64,000 nucleotides of DNA from Candidatus Saccharimonadota bacterium (GCA_034520885.1 JAXHNE010000002.1:4787-68786); one strand, 5' to 3'. Numbered from the stretch's first letter, positions 18,721 through 28,675 are shown. Translations and numbers: made by a program. The notes: generated by a model from the letters alone, not told the origin.

Positions 18721-18993
18721 ATGAGTCATGTGAAGGCTGGCGGTACCGCCAAAAATGTTCACGATAGCGCCGGCAAACGCCTCGGCGTAAAACTATACGG
18801 TGGCCAAAAGGTCAAAATTGGCCAAGTTATTATTCGCCAAACCGGCGCTACCAAGCGTGCCGGCGATGGCACATTCATGAGCAAAAACTACACCATCCAC
18901 GCCGCGCGTGATGGCGTAGTTCGCTTTCAAAAACGCAACTTCAAGCGTTTCACCGGAGCATCAGCTCCCCGCACCGAAGTTACCGTTGAGTAA
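18721..18993 (+). CDS. rpmA: 50S ribosomal protein L27
   Basis: MSHVKAGGTAKNVHDSAGKRLGVKLYGGQ... is the canonical L27 sequence. SD AGGAGA lies upstream. Confidence 0.95.
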   Translation: MSHVKAGGTAKNVHDSAGKRLGVKLYGGQKVKIGQVIIRQTGATKRAGDGTFMSKNYTIHAARDGVVRFQKRNFKRFTGASAPRTEVTVE

Positions 18994-19022
18994 GTAACCC
19001 GCTTTTATGCGTACTTTTTAAG

Positions 19023-19463
19023 ATGCATTCTATAGAGTTGCCGCCAAAACTTCACCTGCCCGATAGCTTTGTTTCGGTAGACTCGTTTCGTGATTTTTTA
19101 AATAAAGAGTTCTCGCGCGAAACCCCACAACACTGGGTGCTCCCCGCTGAAACCTTTGATAACTCCCATACCTATTTTGAAAATCAAAAGGTCGCCCGTT
19201 TCATGATGAACGAGGCGAATTTCGCGTGCCGTGGCAGTTTCCGGGCAATCGAATACATGCTTGCGGGAGCGGAACGAATCGAGAAAAGCACACTCGCCAA
19301 GACTTTGCGTGAAAGCCGGGCACCCCTTGACGACTACGTGGAGTGGCTGGAACATGAACCAACCAGCCAGCGATTCCTTACGTTTCAAGAAGTCACGAGC
19401 GACAAACGCGACACCGTCCAGCTCGTAGACGTGAGCAAAACGTTGCAAAGCTTTGGCCGCTAA
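19023..19463 (+). CDS. hypothetical protein
   Basis: 146-aa ORF with lower GC and no motif I recognise. Confidence 0.45.
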   Translation: MHSIELPPKLHLPDSFVSVDSFRDFLNKEFSRETPQHWVLPAETFDNSHTYFENQKVARFMMNEANFACRGSFRAIEYMLAGAERIEKSTLAKTLRESRAPLDDYVEWLEHEPTSQRFLTFQEVTSDKRDTVQLVDVSKTLQSFGR

Positions 19464-19490
19464 AGCACGCCTCGTATCCAGAAATTTAGT

Positions 19491-21011
19491 TTAGAGCTTT
19501 GCCTTTCTTTTATTATTTTCTTGTCGCTCTACACCTCTCGACGCTCTAAATGATTTAATCGGAGCAAACTGATCTAAGAATTTGGAAATATCTACGTACT
19601 CGCCACTTGCCTTCGTAGAGGTGAATCTTGTTGGTATAGCGGTTGTCTGCTTATTATACTCAAGCGGTTTGGTGGTTAATATTCCTGAATACATCATCGT
19701 CTCGTCGGTACCATATGCCGTTGCCCTGCTATCCGCGGAGCGAATCCGATCGATCCATACGCGCCCTTCTTTGTCATACGCCATGTGCCAATGCACGCGT
19801 GCGCCATTTATGGAAGCCTCGTAAACCTCTTTTGTAATCTGCCCAAGATGAGGGTGGCTGTCCATATACGTCTCTACCGGTGAGTCGAACGTGGGCACTC
19901 CTTCCTCTTTTGATAGTTCACTATTTATTTTTTCAACGTAGTCACTGAGCGCATCACCGGCTTCTCCTGCCCCGACACCGAGTTGTTCGGCAACGTCTTG
20001 CTCTCCAAGAGTTCCGGTTCGTACTTGCTGTAAAAGCCCATTTAATTCGCGATTACCGAACCCAAGAACTCCAACTTTCTCATAAAATTCATTCATACTG
20101 ACCACGGCTTCGTGATGCGCCATAAAAAGTTCTCGAGGGTCGGTGTACGGAGCATGATCTCCATAAAACTCACTGGCTTCCTCTACGATTTTCCTAAACT
20201 CCGGGTGCAGTTGGGTATCTTGCGTGTATTGTGCGAGTGAACCGGTTTCGGGTCCTTTTACGAAACGCTGACTTTGGCTTTCAATACCTTGCGAAACCCG
20301 CAAACTTCCTTCCGAATTTGAGCGGTAAACAAAAAAAGTGTGCGAATTGCCTTCCTTGTCCGTGGATTCGAACACAAGCGATCTTTCCCGTTCGTTTACG
20401 GCGAACGCCCCTCTTAGCTCGTAGGATACGTCATCAATTTTACGTTCAAAATTGCCTTCTTTTTCTTGACTTTCAGGGGTTTCAAGTGGATTCGTAATTA
20501 CTGATGTGCCGTTAGTTGATTCTAGATCGGTAATGTTTACGCGGCCGTTCTCGTAAGACACCGAAAAATGGTTCCTGGAGACATGATCGTCCTCAAGACC
20601 GAGACGTTTCGCGTGGTGGGCTCTCCCGTACACCTTTTCACCGCTATTCTCGCGAACCGGCATAACAGCGTCCGAAGCCGGCCGCGCCTCATCTTCATCG
20701 GCTTTAGTATCCGGGTCGTACTCTTGGGAGCCAAGAAACAAAAAACCGTTCGGGTTGATCCTGCCACTCTCGGCGGGTGCCCACAATTTAACCCCTCTGC
20801 CCGCAACATCCATTACCGCTACGAGAGCCGAGGTTTCACGCATCTCTAGTGGCTCAACTGTGCTCAGATCAATGGAAAGAGCACCTTCGCCCAAGTTATG
20901 CAATTCTAGCTGTTGGTGTCGCGCTTCCGTTTCCTGGTCTATATCAGTTACGAACGGCTTTACTTGCTCAACGGCGTCAGAAGAGAGTGGGTCTTGTTCA
21001 AAGCTTTTCAT
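19491..21011 (-). CDS. FHA-domain protein with a large uncharacterised C-terminal region
   Basis: The central segment VYGRAHHAKRLGLEDDHVSRNHFSVSYENGRVNITDLESTNGTSV matches the FHA pattern (GR...S..H....N...D..S.NGT). Confidence 0.7.
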   Translation of the reverse strand: MKSFEQDPLSSDAVEQVKPFVTDIDQETEARHQQLELHNLGEGALSIDLSTVEPLEMRETSALVAVMDVAGRGVKLWAPAESGRINPNGFLFLGSQEYDPDTKADEDEARPASDAVMPVRENSGEKVYGRAHHAKRLGLEDDHVSRNHFSVSYENGRVNITDLESTNGTSVITNPLETPESQEKEGNFERKIDDVSYELRGAFAVNERERSLVFESTDKEGNSHTFFVYRSNSEGSLRVSQGIESQSQRFVKGPETGSLAQYTQDTQLHPEFRKIVEEASEFYGDHAPYTDPRELFMAHHEAVVSMNEFYEKVGVLGFGNRELNGLLQQVRTGTLGEQDVAEQLGVGAGEAGDALSDYVEKINSELSKEEGVPTFDSPVETYMDSHPHLGQITKEVYEASINGARVHWHMAYDKEGRVWIDRIRSADSRATAYGTDETMMYSGILTTKPLEYNKQTTAIPTRFTSTKASGEYVDISKFLDQFAPIKSFRASRGVERQENNKRKAKL

Positions 21012-21052
21012 TGTTTTATAGTTGTTTAACTATAAAAACACTAGCATTATTT

Positions 21053-21061
21053 TGCTATAAT
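21053..21061 (+). promoter_or_regulatory. extended -10 promoter (TGcTATAAT) facing the 191-bp tandem array
   Basis: TG at 21053-21054 and TATAAT at 21056-21061. On the opposite strand, TTGACA (21066-21061) could serve the FHA gene. Confidence 0.5.
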
Positions 21062-21100
21062 GTCAACTTGCGTTCAGAACAAAGCAGGCTCGACGGTATG

Positions 21101-21600
21101 AGTACTAAACCTGGCGTCCTGACTTTGTGCCAGATTGAAATTTTATCCGCGAAGCGCCAAGGAAGCGTACTGAACGTACGGTGACTGCGACTCGTAAGGA
21201 TAAAATACTCAAGCTGGCCAAGAAACATGAATCGCGCGCCTAGTGCTCACACTTGAGTACAGTTTGGTCGTTCTTTTCGAGGAGCGGACCGAGTACTAAA
21301 CCTGGCGTCCTGACTTTGTGCCAGATTGAAATTTTATCCGCGAAGCGCCAAGGAAGCGTACTGAACGTACGGTGACTGCGACTCGTAAGGATAAAATATT
21401 CAAGCTGGCCAAGAAACATGAATCGCGCGCTTAGTGCTCACACTTGAGTACAGTTTGGTCGTTCTTTTCGAGGAGCGGACCGAGTACTAAACCTGGCGTA
21501 CTGACTTTGTGCCAGATTGAAATTTTATCCGCGAAGCGCCAAGGAGGCGTATTAATATACGGTGACTGCGACTCGTAAGGATAAAATATTCAAGCTGGCC
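21101..21600 (+). repeat. tandem repeat, 191-bp unit x about 2.6 (candidate multi-unit ncRNA)
   Basis: Units start at 21101, 21292 and 21483 and are nearly identical by eye. Each has several hairpins, including GCGTAC-TGAAC-GTACGGTGACTGCGA. Confidence 0.85.
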
Positions 21601-21605
21601 AAAGA

Positions 21606-21656
21606 CAAACATCCAGTGGTATTTCTGGTTTTACCAGAAAACAGACTGGATGTTTG
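21606..21656. terminator. long bidirectional hairpin terminator
   Basis: CAAACATCCAGT (21606-21617) pairs with ACTGGATGTTTG (21645-21656), with an inner stem CTGGT/ACCAG. It lies directly after the receiver-gene stop and at the end of the tandem array. Confidence 0.65.
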
Positions 21657-21658
21657 GG

Positions 21659-22117
21659 TCAGGACGCCAGGTGGGCTTTAACGCGTTCTACCACGTCCGC
21701 AATAACCACCTGCGACTTCACCAAATAATCATCAACGCCCAAATCCTGGGCGCGTTGTTTGTCGCTGTCCTGGCTAAGCGCGGTTAACATTACCACCTTT
21801 ACGTTGGAGGTTTCCGGCGTATTACGCAAAATGTCCAGCACGTCGAACCCGCTGACCTTGGGCATCATCACGTCCAGCAAAATGATATCCGGCTTGTATT
21901 CCATGGCCGAGGAAAGCGCGTCTTCCCCGTTGGGAACCCGTTTGGTATCAAACCCTTCGGCCTGGAAACGCGTGGTGTAGACACTTGCCAGCGCGTCGTC
22001 ATCTTCAACCAGCAGTATTTTCTTGGCCTTTGGCTGCGGATCATTGGACGGATTGGCTTGCGTTTGCTGATTTTCTTGCGGCGCTTGGCCTTGATTTTCT
22101 TGGTTTTCGTCGTTCAT
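21659..22117 (-). CDS. stand-alone response-regulator receiver protein (canonical Asp) with Gln/Asn-rich N-terminus
   Basis: KILLVEDDDALA...PDIILLDVMMPKVSGFDVL...VVMLTALS...DYLVKS. ATG at 22117 is preceded by AAGGAA. Confidence 0.85.
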   Translation of the reverse strand: MNDENQENQGQAPQENQQTQANPSNDPQPKAKKILLVEDDDALASVYTTRFQAEGFDTKRVPNGEDALSSAMEYKPDIILLDVMMPKVSGFDVLDILRNTPETSNVKVVMLTALSQDSDKQRAQDLGVDDYLVKSQVVIADVVERVKAHLAS

Positions 22118-22215
22118 TGAAAGTTCCTTGTTACTACTAGTGTTTATGATGACGCATTCTAATAATTTAAGCAAGCCCCGTGGCGGACTCTTTCACGATA
22201 TTTCGGCAAGTGGCG

Positions 22216-23832
22216 CTATCTGCGAGAGTTCACCTTAAAACAGGCTTCGATAAACCCGTTGAACATGGGGTGTGGCCGATTGGGGCGAGATTTGAACTCC
22301 GGGTGAAACTGGCTGGCCAAAAAGAACGGATGATCCACGCCTTCAATGACCTCCACCAGTTTTTCGTCCGGGCTGGTGCCGCTGGCCGCGATTCCCCACT
22401 GCTCGTATTTATCGCGGTACTCGTTGCTGCACTCGTAACGGTGGCGGTGCCGTTCGGTAATCGCGCCGGTTCCGTATACTTTACGTGCCACGCTACCCTT
22501 GGTGAGTTCGCACGGATAGTCGCCGAGCCGCATGGTGCCGCCAGTGTTTTCCAAGCCTTTTTGCCCGGCCATGGTGCTAATTACTACGTGCTCGCTTTCG
22601 GGATCAATTTCCTGGCTGCTGGCATCTTTGACCCCCGCATTGCGGGCGGCGGCCACTACCGCCATTTGTAAGCCCAAACATAATCCCAAGTACGGAAGTT
22701 TGTGCTTGAGCGCGTACTGAGCGGCAATGATTTTACCCTCCAGCGCCCGGGTACCGAAACCGCCTGGCACCACGATGCCGTCCACGTTTTCCACGAAATG
22801 TGACAACGAACCCTCGGCCTCCACTTTTTCGGCATCAATCCATTTTATATGTAACTTGACATCTTGCCACCAAGCCGCGGCGTAGAGCGCCTCGAACACC
22901 GACATGTAGGTGTCTTCGTTATCCATATATTTGGCCACCACACCCACGGTGAGCTTCTTTTTATGATTGCCCTTGGCCTTTTTGACCATCTTCTCCCAGT
23001 CCTTGAGTTTCGGCCGACCGGCTTTTATTCCCAAACGTTTGATAATTACCTCGCTAATACCGGCTTTTTCCAGCGTCAGCGGTACTTGGTAGATTGACGG
23101 CGCGTTCGGAAGCAAAGCAATCGCTTCCGGCGGTACGCCGCTAAACATACTCAGCTTATTAATCACGGCCTTGGGAGCGGAAGATTCGCTGCGAGCGACC
23201 AGTACGTCGGGAACGATTCCCAAACCGCGCAAATCCTTTACGGCGTTTTGCGCCGGCTTGGTTTTGATTTCCTTACTGGCGCCCAGATACGGCAGATACA
23301 CCACGTGCACGAACGCGTAGTTTTCGCGCCCCACGCTTTGGGCCAGTTCACGAATGGCCTCCAAAAAGCTCAAGCCTTCATAATCACCCACCGTGCCGCC
23401 AATTTCCACGATGTGCACGTCATAGCCTTCGCCGGCTTTCATGATCTCTTTTTGAATGGCTTTGGTAACGTGCGGGATAAATTGCACGGTTTTGCCGCCG
23501 TATTTTCCGTTGCGTTCGTCCTGGAGCACTTTTTCTAGGACGCGGCCGCTCATTAAGCTGCTGCTTTGGGTCAGCTCCTGATCCATAAAACGCTCGTAAT
23601 GACCAAGATCCAGATCGGTTTCCGCGCCGTCTTTGGTCACGAAGCACTCACCGTGTTCCGCCGGGTTCAATAAGCCGGCGTCACGGTTTAAGTACGGATC
23701 GCATTTTTGAACGTTGACGCTCAAGCCGCGGGATTTTAGGAGACGGGCGATGGAGGCGGCGGTGATACCTTTGCCGAGTCCCGACAAAACGCCACCGGTA
23801 ACAAACATAAACTTCGTCGGCTTTCGCATCAC
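22216..23832 (-). CDS. pyrG: CTP synthase
   Basis: FVTGGVLSGLGKGITAAS at the N-terminus and the glutamine amidotransferase motif GLCLGLQ. 538 aa. Confidence 0.95.
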   Translation of the reverse strand: MMRKPTKFMFVTGGVLSGLGKGITAASIARLLKSRGLSVNVQKCDPYLNRDAGLLNPAEHGECFVTKDGAETDLDLGHYERFMDQELTQSSSLMSGRVLEKVLQDERNGKYGGKTVQFIPHVTKAIQKEIMKAGEGYDVHIVEIGGTVGDYEGLSFLEAIRELAQSVGRENYAFVHVVYLPYLGASKEIKTKPAQNAVKDLRGLGIVPDVLVARSESSAPKAVINKLSMFSGVPPEAIALLPNAPSIYQVPLTLEKAGISEVIIKRLGIKAGRPKLKDWEKMVKKAKGNHKKKLTVGVVAKYMDNEDTYMSVFEALYAAAWWQDVKLHIKWIDAEKVEAEGSLSHFVENVDGIVVPGGFGTRALEGKIIAAQYALKHKLPYLGLCLGLQMAVVAAARNAGVKDASSQEIDPESEHVVISTMAGQKGLENTGGTMRLGDYPCELTKGSVARKVYGTGAITERHRHRYECSNEYRDKYEQWGIAASGTSPDEKLVEVIEGVDHPFFLASQFHPEFKSRPNRPHPMFNGFIEACFKVNSRR

Positions 23833-24078
23833 GTTGCCCTGCTTCCTGACAAAGTCAGAAACCTTGTCAACGTTTGTGGCGCGATACTGCGTTGACAGCT
23901 CCGTTGCTCATTCACCGTACCGTTAGTACGCCTCAGTCCGCTACTCACTGTCGCCTTGTCTCGCATCCACATGCAAAATCCTCCGGTCGGCTTCTTTGCC
24001 ACGCTCGCTACTCCCTCTAAACTATTCTTTAAATACTAACCCAGACAGAAGAAATCATCAAGAAAGCATTCCAATTAG

Positions 24079-24807
24079 TTAGCTTTGTTCTGCAAGGGCT
24101 ATATTGCCGATTTTTGGTGCAGACACGCCGAGTGATTCAAGCGCACTTGCACCACGTTTGATAAGCTCTAACACGGCTGCATGCTCACCAAGCTCGCGGT
24201 GGATTGTAGGTAATTGGATCCTTTCAAACTCCAATAATTTTGCCTGATACATTAAACGCTTTTCGATATCGGTACTTACTGGTTTTCTGTCAATGAATTG
24301 GAGCAAACCATTTACTTTTTCAAATGTCTTGTGCGTAAGTATTTTTGGAGGTTTTGGGTGAGTATCGTCGTTAGCTGGCCGCTCAATAACCTGCCAACCA
24401 AGCACTTTTACTTCTTTGACATAGTCTTTTTCACGAGTATTGTATTCCCTTTTCATGTAAGGTTGCACTAATATACTTGGATTTATTCTGCTTCGTTCGT
24501 CAACTACTGGCACTGGCTGTCCGTATACTTTATGATATTCAAGATACGACGCAGAACTCATCTCGCTATGTCTTCGTAGTCGCACAACAGCTGAATCGCG
24601 ATCGTGATTAAAATGCGCCCAAGGGTTATCCTCAATATAACCTAGATACGTGTTGAAGAGTCTTTCGTGTTCAGCCCGCAACGGCTCAATATCACCTAGA
24701 ATTCTCTCTCGAATAGCGTCAGTTTCGTAAAAAACAGGGCGGCTTGCGACTTCATACTGCCTTTCCCACGAAGATACAAGTCTTTCCGATATTGGTTGCG
24801 TTGACAT
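24079..24807 (-). CDS. hypothetical protein (lower GC)
   Basis: 242-aa ORF with SD AGGAG upstream and no motif I recognise. Confidence 0.5.
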   Translation of the reverse strand: MSTQPISERLVSSWERQYEVASRPVFYETDAIRERILGDIEPLRAEHERLFNTYLGYIEDNPWAHFNHDRDSAVVRLRRHSEMSSASYLEYHKVYGQPVPVVDERSRINPSILVQPYMKREYNTREKDYVKEVKVLGWQVIERPANDDTHPKPPKILTHKTFEKVNGLLQFIDRKPVSTDIEKRLMYQAKLLEFERIQLPTIHRELGEHAAVLELIKRGASALESLGVSAPKIGNIALAEQS

Positions 24808-24898
24808 AAAGAGCTCCTATTACTTCCCATCATTATGCACGCAAAAAGCAACGATGCGCAAGCATCAGCGTTTTCTAGTCTCTTGTTTACTTATGGGC

Positions 24899-25102
24899 GA
24901 TTCCAGGCTCTGAAGCAACCTGGACGAGCGTTGTGAGAATCAGGCGCCCTTGGGTGCGAGGACTGTTTGAGTAAAAATGGTGCCTGTCGGCACTATTTCT
25001 GTGAGTTCCAAGATCGTGGCTTTTCTAAAATGTTCACTATAGCTTCTTCACTGAAAACTGACAACGAACAACCGACAACTGTTATATAACTAGTTATATA
25101 AC
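24899..25102. repeat. solo copy of the 'unit-2' structured module, followed by GACAAC words and a 22-bp AT palindrome
   Basis: 24901-25008 is about 88% identical by eye to 60826-60932. GTTATATAACTAGTTATATAAC at 25081-25102 is a perfect palindrome. Confidence 0.7.
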
Positions 25103-25121
25103 ACTCAAACGATAAACTGGG

Positions 25122-26366
25122 TCAGTTCTTGAGTTCTTTCAAAGCGGCGTCGAGTTGGGGGTCGCGGTCGGCTTCGAAATCTTCTATGGTGCGCTCTACT
25201 TTTTGATCGGGTTCTATGCCCTCTTCGTCGATATTACGGCCGTTCGGGGTAAACCAGCGAGCCACGGTGACTTTTAGTTCCGACCCGTCGCCAAACTCGA
25301 TCAGGCGTTGCACGCTGCCTTTGCCGTAGGTCTTTTCGCCGATAAGCGTGGCTTTGCCGTGATCATGCAGGGCGCCGGCTAAAATCTCACTGGCACTGGC
25401 ACTGCCCTCGTTGATGAGTACTACCGTTGGAATATCGCCAAAAACCGAGTTACCGGAGACCCGCTCGGTTTCCACGCTTTCGTCGGATCGGCGCTGGTCA
25501 ACGATTACTTCGCCGCTATCCACCCACAAACTGGCCACGGCTACGGAGGCGTCCATTAACCCGCCGGGGTTACCGCGAACGTCCACGATTATGCTTTCTA
25601 CGTCTTGGTTCATTAATTCCGTGGCCGCGTCGTTCACGAGACCGGTCGTATCCGTGCCGAACCGAGAGATTTTTATATACCCGATGTTGTCCTCGCGCAC
25701 TTCATATTCCACGCTGGGAATGGTGATTTCATCCCGCGTGATTTCTACCTCAATGCGTTCGGTTTCGCCGCGAATAATGGTGAGTTCTACCGTGGTACCC
25801 TTTTCGCCGCGAATTTTATCCACGGCTTCGGATATGGAAATGTCGTAGGCGTTTTCGCCGTTAATTTCGGCAATCACGTCACGGGGTTGCAGCCCGGCTT
25901 TTTCCGCCGGGAAACCGCTCAGTGGCGCCACGATAACAATGGATTGTTCGTCCTTGCCCAGTTCCGCCCCGATACCGGTAAAGCTGCCGCTTAGCCCCTC
26001 CTCGAACGAGGTCGCTTCTTCTTCGTCAAGATATTCGGTGTATGGATCGCCGCTGGCTTTAACCAGTCCATTTTTTAGGCCTTCAAGGAGCTCGTCTTCG
26101 CTTAGCTCGCCGTCAAAGTTGGTACGCAAGCTGTCGTAGACGGTTTCTACTTCATCGTAAGACAGATCCTCCGGTAGCTCATCACGCTCTACGCTGCCTT
26201 GTTGGATGCTGCGCCGTAGCTCCTCCCGCCCCACAAAGCCGGCACCGATGCCCAGTACGAAAATGAGCAACCCGGCAACACCGAAAAGCGCTACTTTTTT
26301 TAAGCCTTTGGACTTTTGCCCGGACTCACTACCGACCCGTTTTTGAGTGTTCATTTCCTCATTCAT
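25122..26366 (-). CDS. ctp: S41 carboxyl-terminal processing protease with PDZ domain
   Basis: N-terminal TM, a PDZ region, and NEGSASASEILAGAL ... KGSVQ catalytic-region motifs. Confidence 0.9.
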   Translation of the reverse strand: MNEEMNTQKRVGSESGQKSKGLKKVALFGVAGLLIFVLGIGAGFVGREELRRSIQQGSVERDELPEDLSYDEVETVYDSLRTNFDGELSEDELLEGLKNGLVKASGDPYTEYLDEEEATSFEEGLSGSFTGIGAELGKDEQSIVIVAPLSGFPAEKAGLQPRDVIAEINGENAYDISISEAVDKIRGEKGTTVELTIIRGETERIEVEITRDEITIPSVEYEVREDNIGYIKISRFGTDTTGLVNDAATELMNQDVESIIVDVRGNPGGLMDASVAVASLWVDSGEVIVDQRRSDESVETERVSGNSVFGDIPTVVLINEGSASASEILAGALHDHGKATLIGEKTYGKGSVQRLIEFGDGSELKVTVARWFTPNGRNIDEEGIEPDQKVERTIEDFEADRDPQLDAALKELKN

Positions 26367-26434
26367 GCCGCACCATTATGCCACAAAACCGCTCACGGTT
26401 CACACATGTTTTTTTACAAATCTTACTATGTCTT

Positions 26435-27568
26435 CTAAGGGGCTACATTATAGTCACAAGCACTTGGTCCACCGGACATATGTCCGTAGACACTAATATG
26501 ACCACCCGGGTGTTCAACAATTGCTACGTATCCATAAGCGTTGTTTCTCGTATCCAATAAATCATTCGAGCAACCACGGTACATATACCCGCTATCGATA
26601 GCCCGCACTGCGCCGTCTCCACCAGCATAATCTATACCCGAGTGATAGCCGCTTGCGTACCACGTATTTGGCCAATTATAACCCTGTGAAACATAAGATC
26701 CGCGCACAGGAATGTGCTTTATGTACGGTGCAGGATTCCTGGTTGAGTTGTTTAGTCGCACCTCTAGGTGCAGGTGAGCTCCCGATGAAAATCCGGTATT
26801 CCCCACGTTGCCGATTATTTCACCACCAGAAACCGGGCCAACGGGTGCTGATTTATAAGTACCGTTTCTTACTGCAGCAGCTAAAGCAGCTTGTGCAGCA
26901 TAAAGTTCTTCGAGACGTTCGTTATTTTCCTGGATTTCTTGGTTTACCTCGGCTCGCTCTGCTCGGTTCAAATTAAGCAATCGGTTCTTTTCCTCTTTTT
27001 GCTCGGCAATTTCGGAACGCAGTTGTTCGTCTTCCTTAATGAGTCGCTGCACTTCTTCACGTTGCCCCTGTAACTTCAGGCGAAGTTCGGTAATTTTATC
27101 GACTTTGTCTTTAATTTTGTCTTTCACGACATCACGGTACTGCTGCTTATCCACGAACTGGCTCAGGTCTTTACTGGTGGCCAGCATTTCCAGGGTACTA
27201 ATGTCACCCTCTATGTACATGGCTTTGATGTTTTGGCCGAGCACATCTTTTTGGTATTCAAGCTCTTTTTCGGCTTTCTTTATATCCTTTTTAAGCTGTG
27301 CACTTTTAGCTTTATTGTCCTGTATTCGCGCCTGCAATTTGTCAATATGGTCTTGTAGGCCATCTATCTTTTCCTGGATGTTTTCGGCTTTAATAAGTAG
27401 TTCGTGAGTATGCTCCTCGGCCTGGGCATTTTCTTCTTGTAGCTCTTCAATCTCATTGGAGTAGCGATCGGCGTGCACGAACGGCACCATGGCCACGGAA
27501 AAAACGAATAGGCCAATAACCAGCAGTAGCCTTTTACGCGCGAACAGATGTTTTACGTTGTTTTTCAT
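26435..27568 (-). CDS. coiled-coil M23 metallopeptidase (EnvC/PcsB-like) with unusual motif order
   Basis: Signal/TM, a long coiled coil, then GNTGFSSGAHLHLEVR (HxH) followed by YHSGIDYAGG...VYGHMS (HxxxD). I prefer the ATG at 27568. Confidence 0.8.
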   Translation of the reverse strand: MKNNVKHLFARKRLLLVIGLFVFSVAMVPFVHADRYSNEIEELQEENAQAEEHTHELLIKAENIQEKIDGLQDHIDKLQARIQDNKAKSAQLKKDIKKAEKELEYQKDVLGQNIKAMYIEGDISTLEMLATSKDLSQFVDKQQYRDVVKDKIKDKVDKITELRLKLQGQREEVQRLIKEDEQLRSEIAEQKEEKNRLLNLNRAERAEVNQEIQENNERLEELYAAQAALAAAVRNGTYKSAPVGPVSGGEIIGNVGNTGFSSGAHLHLEVRLNNSTRNPAPYIKHIPVRGSYVSQGYNWPNTWYASGYHSGIDYAGGDGAVRAIDSGYMYRGCSNDLLDTRNNAYGYVAIVEHPGGHISVYGHMSGGPSACDYNVAP

Positions 27569-27706
27569 TTTGGAATTTTGTTTTGTTTTTTCGTTTTTAA
27601 ATCTAAGCAGTAGCATAATACCACACCCTCCTTGTTATGACAAGCGATATTTGTTTGTTTATACTACTGTTTGTTGTGGACTTGAATGAGTCGTATTTAG
27701 CTTAAC

Positions 27707-28675
27707 TTACTTTGAAGATTTGAACTTCAAGTAGCGCCGCGTGGCAATGTAGGACGATACGGCTCCAATGAGTATACCGATAGCCAATTGCGAAGTCAAA
27801 ATAAGCACAAAGTTTTCGTTAAAGTAGGAATAAGCGTAGCTTATGTCCAAAAGTCCCAAACTATTGGCGGCGAAGGCGTTGGAAGCAATGGAAAACAGCG
27901 AAGCCCCGATGGAAACGGAAACGATAGCGGACACAATTCCGTAAATAATCGTCTCCACGATGAATGGCCCACGAATATAACTGGTATTAGCACCGAGCAG
28001 TCGCATAATGCGGAGTTCTTCGCGGCGGTTAAATATGGCCATTTGAATGGTGTTAAAGATAATTAACATGGATATCACGGTGAAAATCACCACGGCGGCA
28101 ACCCCCACCTGCCGTAAAAAGCTGGTCGCGCTGGTAATGCTGTCAATCGCCTCTTTTCGATCGGCGGAATAAGAGGTTTCGTCGGATTGCAGTTGCTTGA
28201 TATCCGGCTGCTCCACGAAACTTCTGATCTCCTCTATGCGGTTAACGTCCTTGGGTTTAATGCGCAAGCTCGCCGGGAGCGGATTGTCGGTTTGGGAAAT
28301 CGCCAACAGTAAATCGATATTGTTTTCGTTGGCAGCGCGGTATTCCTCCAGGGCTTGTTCCTTGGACACGAACTCCACGGATTCCACGTTGTCCAGCCCG
28401 CGCACCTGCTGTAATAGTCCGGAGCGCGTTTCTTCATCGACTTCATCTTTTAAATACACCGAGATATCAATTTTGTCGGTGATTTGCGTAATGGTGTTGT
28501 TAAACGTGGCGCTGGCCACTACGGAAAACAAAATAATCCCCAGCGTAATGACCATCACCGCCATGGCGGCAATGCTTAACCAGGCGTTGCGCACGAAGTT
28601 TTGCAAACCGGTTTTTAAAATACGCAAAAACGTAATGAGCCGGTGGCTGTTTGGCGGTTTGACCGGGCGGCTCAT
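27707..28675 (-). CDS. ftsX: cell division permease-like protein FtsX
   Basis: Four TM helices plus a large extracytoplasmic loop, with a 4-nt overlap with ftsE. Confidence 0.9.
   Translation of the reverse strand: MSRPVKPPNSHRLITFLRILKTGLQNFVRNAWLSIAAMAVMVITLGIILFSVVASATFNNTITQITDKIDISVYLKDEVDEETRSGLLQQVRGLDNVESVEFVSKEQALEEYRAANENNIDLLLAISQTDNPLPASLRIKPKDVNRIEEIRSFVEQPDIKQLQSDETSYSADRKEAIDSITSATSFLRQVGVAAVVIFTVISMLIIFNTIQMAIFNRREELRIMRLLGANTSYIRGPFIVETIIYGIVSAIVSVSIGASLFSIASNAFAANSLGLLDISYAYSYFNENFVLILTSQLAIGILIGAVSSYIATRRYLKFKSSK

Noticed and set aside
21101-21600. Possible CRISPR array or protein-coding tandem repeat
   Set aside because: The units are contiguous 191-bp copies with no unique spacers and no cas genes. 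The 28-codon ORF has an ATG only in copy 1 and no SD.
24901-25008. DGR template/variable repeat pair (because Avd-like four-helix-bundle genes are nearby)
   Set aside because: Differences between this copy and 60826-60932 are a mix of transitions at all four bases, not adenine-specific. No reverse transcriptase is in the window, and neither copy lies at the 3' end of a target gene.
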